A stretch of 27,933 nt of DNA, taken from Candidatus Nomurabacteria bacterium (GTDB lineage Bacteria > Patescibacteriota > Minisyncoccia > Phycocordibacterales > UBA9973). Under the pieces are notes generated by a model, which had not been told where the DNA came from, searched no databases, and saw only the letters and a program-made list of their open reading frames with translations. The position numbers and the translations under genes are program-made. The stretch is from the NCBI GenBank assembly GCA_020846955.1, contig JADLCZ010000023.1, positions 1 to 27,933 on the forward strand. The letters run 5' to 3'. Positions 24,018-27,933 of this stretch are shown here, one piece after another (position 1 is the first letter of the stretch; every line of letters starts with the position of its first letter).

Positions 24018-25205
24018 ATGGGACTTTTTGGCACAAAGGAAAAAAATGAACAGACTATTGCACTTTTTGGTATTGGGTCTGGGTCTGTTGGAGGTGCACT
24101 AATACGTTTTAATAAAAATGCATTAGGGGACTGGGATCCACATATTGTGGCACAAGAGCGTACTTACATACCATTTCAGCAGGAGCTTAATTTTGATAAT
24201 TTTTTTGTAAATATGCAGACTGCGCTCAAGGCTACAGCAATGAAAATTTACGACAAAAAATTGGGTGCACCAGATAGTATCTTTTGTACAATGACATCTC
24301 CATGGTATGTCTCAGAAACTCGTAAAATTAATTTTAAGAAAGATTTACCTTTTACAATTACACCAAAAGTAATGAATGATATTATTAATGTTGAACTGTC
24401 TACAATATTGAAATCCTATGAAGAAAAATATAAGGATATGAATGCAATGCCGTATTTGCTTGAGAGCAAGGTTCTGCATACAACACTCAATGGCTATGAT
24501 GTAGTGAATCCGCTTGGAATGAAGGCAAAGAGCATAAATGTTAATCTATTCTTGAGTATTTGCCCTGATATTTCAATTGTTAGTATAAAGGATACCCTAA
24601 ATGAAGTTTTTCATAACAAGAATATTACATTTGGTTCATTTATACTACTTATGTTAATTATTGCCCGTGAGAAACTACAGGATCAGTCATCATACTTCCT
24701 TATTGATATTAATGCAGAGCTTACAGATGTAGGTATTGTTACAAACGGAGTATTGGTTGCAACAATTTCATTCCCAATGGGCAAGAATTATATTATTCGC
24801 ACCTTGGCAAAAGAATTACACAAGGAGGAGCCTGAAGTACGAACATTGTTTGCTATGACTGCAAGTAATACATTATCTAACGAGGAGAAAATAAAAGTAG
24901 ATCCAATTCTTACAAAAGTTAGAGACGAATGGAGTAAGTTATTTAAGGACTCGCTCGCTTTATTACCCCAGACAATATCACTCTCATCAAATATTTTTCT
25001 TGTTTCTGACAATGATGCAAGTACATGGTTTGCAAGCTTCCTAAAAGACAAGGAATATACACAAAAGCTATTGAATCAAAAGTATTTCGATGTAACAGTA
25101 GTAGAGGGTCAAAAATTATTAGATATTTGTAAAGTTAGCGATGGCGCCTGTGATCAATTCCTAATGATAGAGGCTATAGCCATTGCTCGTATGTTGCCAA
25201 AATAA
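24018..25205 (+). CDS. Actin-like (FtsA/PilM-like) protein with degenerate phosphate loops
   Basis: ALFGIGSGSVG stands where xxDIGS is expected and LIDINAELTDV where xxDIGGGTTD is expected, followed by SFPMGKNYII. Confidence 0.6.
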   Translation: MGLFGTKEKNEQTIALFGIGSGSVGGALIRFNKNALGDWDPHIVAQERTYIPFQQELNFDNFFVNMQTALKATAMKIYDKKLGAPDSIFCTMTSPWYVSETRKINFKKDLPFTITPKVMNDIINVELSTILKSYEEKYKDMNAMPYLLESKVLHTTLNGYDVVNPLGMKAKSINVNLFLSICPDISIVSIKDTLNEVFHNKNITFGSFILLMLIIAREKLQDQSSYFLIDINAELTDVGIVTNGVLVATISFPMGKNYIIRTLAKELHKEEPEVRTLFAMTASNTLSNEEKIKVDPILTKVRDEWSKLFKDSLALLPQTISLSSNIFLVSDNDASTWFASFLKDKEYTQKLLNQKYFDVTVVEGQKLLDICKVSDGACDQFLMIEAIAIARMLPK

Positions 25206-25209
25206 ATTT

Positions 25210-26538
25210 ATGAAAAGGAATCCAATACAAGACATTAAAAGAAGTACACCATCTATGCATCATAGTGCAAGTTCTTTTCACAGCCACAAGATCGAGGAAA
25301 GTGCCGAGGACATAACAGTAGAGAGTGAACCAACTGTTATCAAGAAAAAGTCAAATCCGACTAATTTTGCACCAAAAAGAAAAATTAATAGAAAATTAGA
25401 GCTCAAGACAATCCTCGTAATTACTGGCATCGTGTTGTTCATAATCGGTATATATTTCCTGTCTATTCAATACGGCCATGCACGTATATCTATAGTAGAA
25501 AAGCGTGAGCCATTTACATTTACTGATAAAATATTTAAAGCAAACCGTACAACTGACAGTAACCTTGCTTTTGAGGTGATGATTGTATCAGATAGTATTG
25601 ATCAGGAAATTACTCTCACTGAATCAAGGGAGGCATCTTCAAAGGCGAAGGGAATTGTTGTTATTTATAATTCATATAGTACTCTTCCACAGAAATTATC
25701 AATAAACACAAGATTAGTTGATGACAATGGCAATATATATTTTACAGATAAAGCAGTTACTGTGCCGGGGTTTACAATGTCAAAGGGTAAAATTGTCCCT
25801 GGTAGTGTAAGTATAGGTATTACTGCGTCAGTTGCAGGGGATAAATATAACGGGGAGCCAAGAGACTTCACTCTATTGGGATTCAAGGGTACACCAAAAG
25901 CTACAAAAATTTATGCTCGTTCCAAAGGTGCAATTACAGGTGGATCGGCAGGTCATATATATATACCAAGCTCTGAACAAAAGGGTGAGTTGAATAATAT
26001 AATATCAAACGAGCTGAAACAAAAATTGACAAAGAGTTTAGAGGCTCAGGTGCCACCTGGCTACATTTTGTTTAGTGATAGTATTAAGTATGAGTCAAAT
26101 TTTAACCCAGAGAATATATTATCATCCAATGCAAATACTAAAATTAAAATAAATGGGTCGGCAAGTTCAATAATCTTGAATGAAAATGATTTAAAAAATA
26201 GTGTAATAAAATCAGCTAATCCAAAGATTAGTAATGAGGAATTTGATTTAATATCAATTCCTGAATTAAGAAATTTTGTTTTTAAAATGGGGAATGATAC
26301 GCCGATCATAAATAAAGAGACTACATCAATAAGCTTCTCATTGACAGGTTCTGGAATCTTGACTTGGAAGCCCAACTACGACAAATTGAAGCTTATGCTT
26401 ATTGGTATCAATAAGAATGATGTAAATAATATCTTTGGCACAAACCCTAGTATTCATAAAGCGAGACTAACATTAATCCCGCCTTGGCAAAAGACTCTTC
26501 CAAAAAATATAAATTATATAAAAATAAAATCAGACTAA
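25210..26538 (+). CDS. Single-pass membrane protein with a baseplate J/gp47-like beta domain
   Basis: Disordered N-terminus, one transmembrane helix, then KAKGIVVIYN...NTRLV...FTDKAVTVPG...GSVSIGITASVAGDKYN...ITGG. Start moved to ATG 25210. Confidence 0.6.
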   Translation: MKRNPIQDIKRSTPSMHHSASSFHSHKIEESAEDITVESEPTVIKKKSNPTNFAPKRKINRKLELKTILVITGIVLFIIGIYFLSIQYGHARISIVEKREPFTFTDKIFKANRTTDSNLAFEVMIVSDSIDQEITLTESREASSKAKGIVVIYNSYSTLPQKLSINTRLVDDNGNIYFTDKAVTVPGFTMSKGKIVPGSVSIGITASVAGDKYNGEPRDFTLLGFKGTPKATKIYARSKGAITGGSAGHIYIPSSEQKGELNNIISNELKQKLTKSLEAQVPPGYILFSDSIKYESNFNPENILSSNANTKIKINGSASSIILNENDLKNSVIKSANPKISNEEFDLISIPELRNFVFKMGNDTPIINKETTSISFSLTGSGILTWKPNYDKLKLMLIGINKNDVNNIFGTNPSIHKARLTLIPPWQKTLPKNINYIKIKSD

Positions 26539-26539
26539 A

Positions 26540-26568
26540 TTGACTTAAAGCCCTAATTATATTATTAT
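26540..26568 (+). promoter_or_regulatory. Sigma70-type promoter of infA
   Basis: TTGACT, 17 nt, TATTAT, 11 nt before ATG 26580. Confidence 0.6.
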
Positions 26569-26579
26569 AGGATTACATA

Positions 26580-26795
26580 ATGAGCGATAAAACAAATGAT
26601 ATAACAATGATAGGAATAGTTGAGGAAGCAATGCCTAATACTTTTTTTCGTGTACGACTACCAGATGAGAATTTGATCATTGCATATCTCTCGGGCAAGA
26701 TGCGTATGCACAGGATCAAGGTCCTAATTGGTGATAAAGTAGAGGTCCTGATAGACCCATACGGAGGCAAAGGACGGATACTTAAGAGACTGTAA
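26580..26795 (+). CDS. infA: Translation initiation factor IF-1
   Basis: GIVEEAMPNTFFRV...AYLSGKMRMHRIKVLIGDKV...KGRI. Confidence 0.96.
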   Translation: MSDKTNDITMIGIVEEAMPNTFFRVRLPDENLIIAYLSGKMRMHRIKVLIGDKVEVLIDPYGGKGRILKRL

Positions 26796-26913
26796 GTATA
26801 TCAGTGGATATCCACTTGCATTTCTATTAATAATAGTGTAGGATAGTCTGATATATGTATAGTTGATGAAAACAGGGTCAAAACCCTTATTTTCTTTAAT
26901 TATAATATCAAAT

Positions 26914-27024
26914 ATGAAAATCAAATCGGCTGTTAAAAAAATCTGTACAAAATGTAAAATGGTAAAACGAGCCGGACATCTTCGTGTTATTTGCGATAAT
27001 CCTAAACACAAACAAAAACAATAA
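26914..27024 (+). CDS. rpmJ: 50S ribosomal protein L36, zinc-binding form (missed by the ORF track)
   Basis: Translates to [36 protein letters not shown] and lies in the canonical position between infA and rpsM. Confidence 0.95.
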   Translation: MKIKSAVKKICTKCKMVKRAGHLRVICDNPKHKQKQ

Positions 27025-27027
27025 TTT

Positions 27028-27408
27028 ATGAGAATTCTAGGTATAAACATTCCAAACGATAAGCATCTTGATATTGCACTAACATCACTTTATGGTATTG
27101 GTCTTTCAAGTGCTCGCAAGATTCTCAAGCAAGCTCAAGTTGAGATTAATTCAAAAGGAGACGTACTAACAGTTGATCAAGAGAATGCTATCCGTAAAGT
27201 TATAGAAGGTATGACAATCGAAGGTACACTCAAGCGTGAAATTGCTACAAACATTAAGCGGTTGAAAGATATCAAGGCTTACCGTGGAGTTCGCCACATG
27301 CGCAAAATGCCAGTTCATGGACAACGCACAAAGACAAATTCTCGTACAGTTCGTGGTAATGTTCGCAAGACTATGACAAGTGGCCGAAGAAAAGCTGAAA
27401 AGACTTAA
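27028..27408 (+). CDS. rpsM: 30S ribosomal protein S13
   Basis: MRILGINIP...ALTSLYGIG...YRGVRHMRKMPVHGQRTKTNSRT. Confidence 0.97.
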   Translation: MRILGINIPNDKHLDIALTSLYGIGLSSARKILKQAQVEINSKGDVLTVDQENAIRKVIEGMTIEGTLKREIATNIKRLKDIKAYRGVRHMRKMPVHGQRTKTNSRTVRGNVRKTMTSGRRKAEKT

Positions 27409-27495
27409 GATTAGTGACTAGTAGCTAGTGACTAGGTTCAAGAAAATAATTCTAAACCCACTAGAAACTAGCAACTAATTACTAGAACCTAATTC
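27409..27495. repeat. Empty inverted heptamer array of the same family as the arms of the four-helix-bundle cassette
   Basis: Left arm GATTAG TGACTAG TAGCTAG TGACTAG GTTCAAG; right arm CTAGAAA CTAGCAA CTAATTA CTAGAAC CTAATTC. There is no ORF between the arms. Confidence 0.8.
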
Positions 27496-27503
27496 ATATA
27501 TAA

Positions 27504-27932
27504 ATGGTTAAAACAAAAACTACAACAGAAGAAACAACAATACCAACCGAAGTGCAAGCTCCGGTTGTAAAAGTACCCAAAAAGAAAGTGGTAGCTGGTA
27601 CTTTGCATATCGAGGCAACATTCAACAATACAAAGATTGTTGTTTCTGACAAATTTGGTAATACACTTTTCTGGACATCATCTGGTGCACTTGGATTCAA
27701 GGGTGCAAAAAAGGGTACACCTTTTGCAGCTTCCAAAGCTGGTACTGTGCTCGGTGAGAAGGCAAAAGCATTAGGTATTAAAGAAGTAGATGTGATTGTA
27801 AAGGGAGTAGGTAGTGGAAGAGAGCCTGCAATACGATCATTTATGGCACACGATATAGAGATATCAGGAATCAAAGATGTCACACCAGTCCCACACAATG
27901 GTCCGAAACCAAAGAAGCCACGAAGAGTTTAA
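27504..27932 (+). CDS. rpsK: 30S ribosomal protein S11
   Basis: HIEATFNNT...WTSSGALGFKGAKKGTPFAA...KGVGSGRE...DVTPVPHNG. Confidence 0.97.
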   Translation: MVKTKTTTEETTIPTEVQAPVVKVPKKKVVAGTLHIEATFNNTKIVVSDKFGNTLFWTSSGALGFKGAKKGTPFAASKAGTVLGEKAKALGIKEVDVIVKGVGSGREPAIRSFMAHDIEISGIKDVTPVPHNGPKPKKPRRV

Positions 27933-27933
27933 T

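Noticed and set aside
25210-26538. Prophage or contractile injection system implied by the baseplate-J-like domain
   Set aside because: No other phage, sheath, tube or wedge genes are nearby. The protein is membrane-anchored and lies among housekeeping genes.
1694-27898. Many short ORF-track entries overlapping or antisense to the called genes (for example 1694-1906, 3432-3887, 9356-9718, 27494-27898)
   Set aside because: They are shadow frames of well-supported genes and show no motifs or independent expression signals.

Overview
A gene-dense, AT-rich bacterial chromosome segment read in standard code 11, since TGA is used as a stop. Gene content and gene forms point by inference to Patescibacteria/CPR (Parcubacteria-like). 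It is mostly housekeeping: priA, mreB, holB-like, frr, rseP, typA, mltG, a DEDDh exonuclease, an RlmI-like methyltransferase, mnmA, an MgtC-family gene, a short alaS, an FtsA-like plus baseplate-J-like gene pair, and infA-rpmJ-rpsM-rpsK. There are also two tandem Cys-rich CPR-type paralogs. I found no rRNA, tRNA or CRISPR array. The unusual signal is a set of several small palindromic or inverted-repeat elements. (1) A REP-associated tyrosine transposase (RAYT) has three copies of a GTC[C/G]GAC-centred palindrome, one translated in frame inside its own gene. (2) A related inverted doublet sits in frame in the methyltransferase. (3) mnmA carries two structured in-frame insertions, one MITE-like with 23-bp imperfect terminal inverted repeats. 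(4) A four-helix-bundle cassette with two cargo ORFs lies between frr and rseP, bracketed by inverted 7-mer arrays, and an empty copy of the same arrays lies between rpsM and rpsK. (5) A second inverted-repeat family follows alaS and holB. (6) CGATCG-centred palindromes follow each Cys-rich paralog. Many genes have an extended -10 box only 6-11 nt before the ATG, suggesting leaderless or near-leaderless expression. All family assignments come from motif recognition by eye; no database search was run.
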